DNA of 64,000 nucleotides from Convolutriloba macropyga (taxonomy: Eukaryota): contig NC_134473.1 of NCBI RefSeq assembly GCF_964194025.1, positions 65,162,001-65,226,000 on the forward strand. The letters run 5' to 3'. Position 1 is the stretch's first letter. Every line of letters begins with the position of its first letter. Of the stretch, positions 62,700 to 64,000 are shown in pieces. The position numbers and the translations under genes were made by a program. The notes beneath the pieces were generated by a model. That model ran no database searches. It was not told where the DNA came from and saw nothing but the letters and a program-made list of their open reading frames with translations.

Positions 62700-64000
62700 T
62701 TCGTGTATCTGTCAAATTTGTAGATAATCTCTTGACAAAGAAAGGGTGATGGGTTTCTTTGCACTCGAAAAAGAGGAGGTGCAGCTTCTTGTGGGTGGGT
62801 GAAAAATCAGTTTATCTTGTTGGACTGCAATTTCGAGCAAAAATGTATTTCTAGATTTTTTAAGTAATTTGTTTGCTCGTTGTTTCTGTTATGGTGTGAT
62901 TTGTATAATTTAGAAATTTTCTGTTTAGCCCAATTATGTAGTGGTTCAACGTTATTATGATCTCCAAAAAAGGCGGGAGAGAAACAACAATTTTTAGTCA
63001 AGTTTTAATGGTAGGGTGGGATAAGCTCTCGTATTATCTATCAGGTTGTTTTCCGATATATCGGTAAGAGCGTTGGTCGAGATCTAGCGTAGGCGAGTTC
63101 GAACTTAGTTTAATTATAGGTGGAGTATCTTGAAAACTGAGTGGTAATGAGCTTTGAAATGATGGTGATGAATTAACTATATTAAAAGAGTGATTCCAGT
63201 GTGCTTGTGAGAGTAAGCGTTCAATATTAGTTACTGGTCCTTGTGGTGGGTTATCGGGATTAAGCGCAATTTTTGATGGAGTAGGTGAAAAAAATTGAGA
63301 GCTAAATTGGCGGGAAATAGAAGTGTCTGAGATAAAATAAATATCTTGTTGTGTACCGTTTATATATAAAACATTGTGAATTGGCTGTGGCAATTCAGAA
63401 CTACTGGTTTTATCTGTGTTTTCAAAATTTATAGGTTGAGTGGAGAATTGTGGTGTGTTTGAATAGTTAATTAATTCCGGTTGTGGTGCTCGTGGTTGAG
63501 CAGGTATAATAATTGGTGGTTGAAGTGGTTTGTTGGCGAGGAATCCTGAGTATGGCAATAAAGTCTGTTTTTATTTGGTGTGTTTATTGTTGTGCTTCCG
63601 TTTGGTGTATTTGCGCTTGACTTTGATAAATGGATATGGGATTACTGGTTGTGGGGTAAAATGGGGGGAATTGTCCAGTAGGAAGAGGTCTATCTGCAGA
63701 TTTGGCAGTAAACATGACTGAGTAGGGGTGTTCTTCGGTTTCTATTGCTTGTGAGTTCAAATGATGACTTTTCGGGGGTGGATAGTGAACTTGCTTCACT
63801 GTATGAGCAACTGGGTGACTTGGAGACGGGGGGAGCAGTTGGTAATTGAACCCAGAGTGGGGAAATTACCAGAATGATAGATTTTATATTTTGTGGAATT
63901 TGGAACAACAATTATAAAGAGATTTTAAGTAGGTATGGTAACTCGGATTGCTGCAAAGGACAATTCTGGTGGGATGACACTGTGTAGATGAATGAGATCT
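62700..64000 (-). pseudogene. Pro/Ser/Gln-rich ORF remnants upstream of env (pol tail, separate ORF, or long env leader)
   Basis: Consecutive same-strand ORF fragments 63584-63799, 63034-63558 and 62807-63001 of similar composition. No recognisable domain. Confidence 0.45.

Larger units (their letters stand above)
57770..64000 (-). mobile_element. 3' half of an env-bearing, retrovirus-like LTR retroelement (continues beyond the window)
   Basis: Minus-strand order is Pro-rich ORF remnants, env-like gene, accessory ORF, purine tract, putative LTR. No pol domain or second LTR is visible in the window. Confidence 0.7.

Overview
AT-rich, repeat-dense eukaryotic DNA, most likely from an invertebrate animal; the species cannot be determined from the sequence. 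I reconstructed three spliced host genes by hand with phase-consistent GT-AG junctions: a RING-H2 plus beta-rich-domain protein (+, 7.7-13.1 kb), a complete 6-exon cathepsin Z/X (-, 38.9-45.7 kb), and the first two exons of a trypsin-fold serine-protease homolog lacking the catalytic His (+, 50.7-56.8 kb). Two full-length LTR retrotransposons with target-site duplications (TSDs) are present: a Ty3/Gypsy Mag-like element (16347-23195) and a BEL/Pao element (28097-35613), both with disrupted ORFs. The most interesting feature is the 3' half of a third, retrovirus-like LTR element (-, 57770 to beyond 64000). It carries a decayed envelope gene resembling class III fusogens (chuvirus G / herpes gB-like), followed by a long decayed accessory ORF that I cannot assign to a family. 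The rest is non-autonomous DNA transposons (CCCAG/CCCGG-ended elements with dense subterminal repeats, small GG-ended MITEs with 8-9 bp TSDs), palindromes and old local duplications. All family calls come from motif recognition, not database searches.
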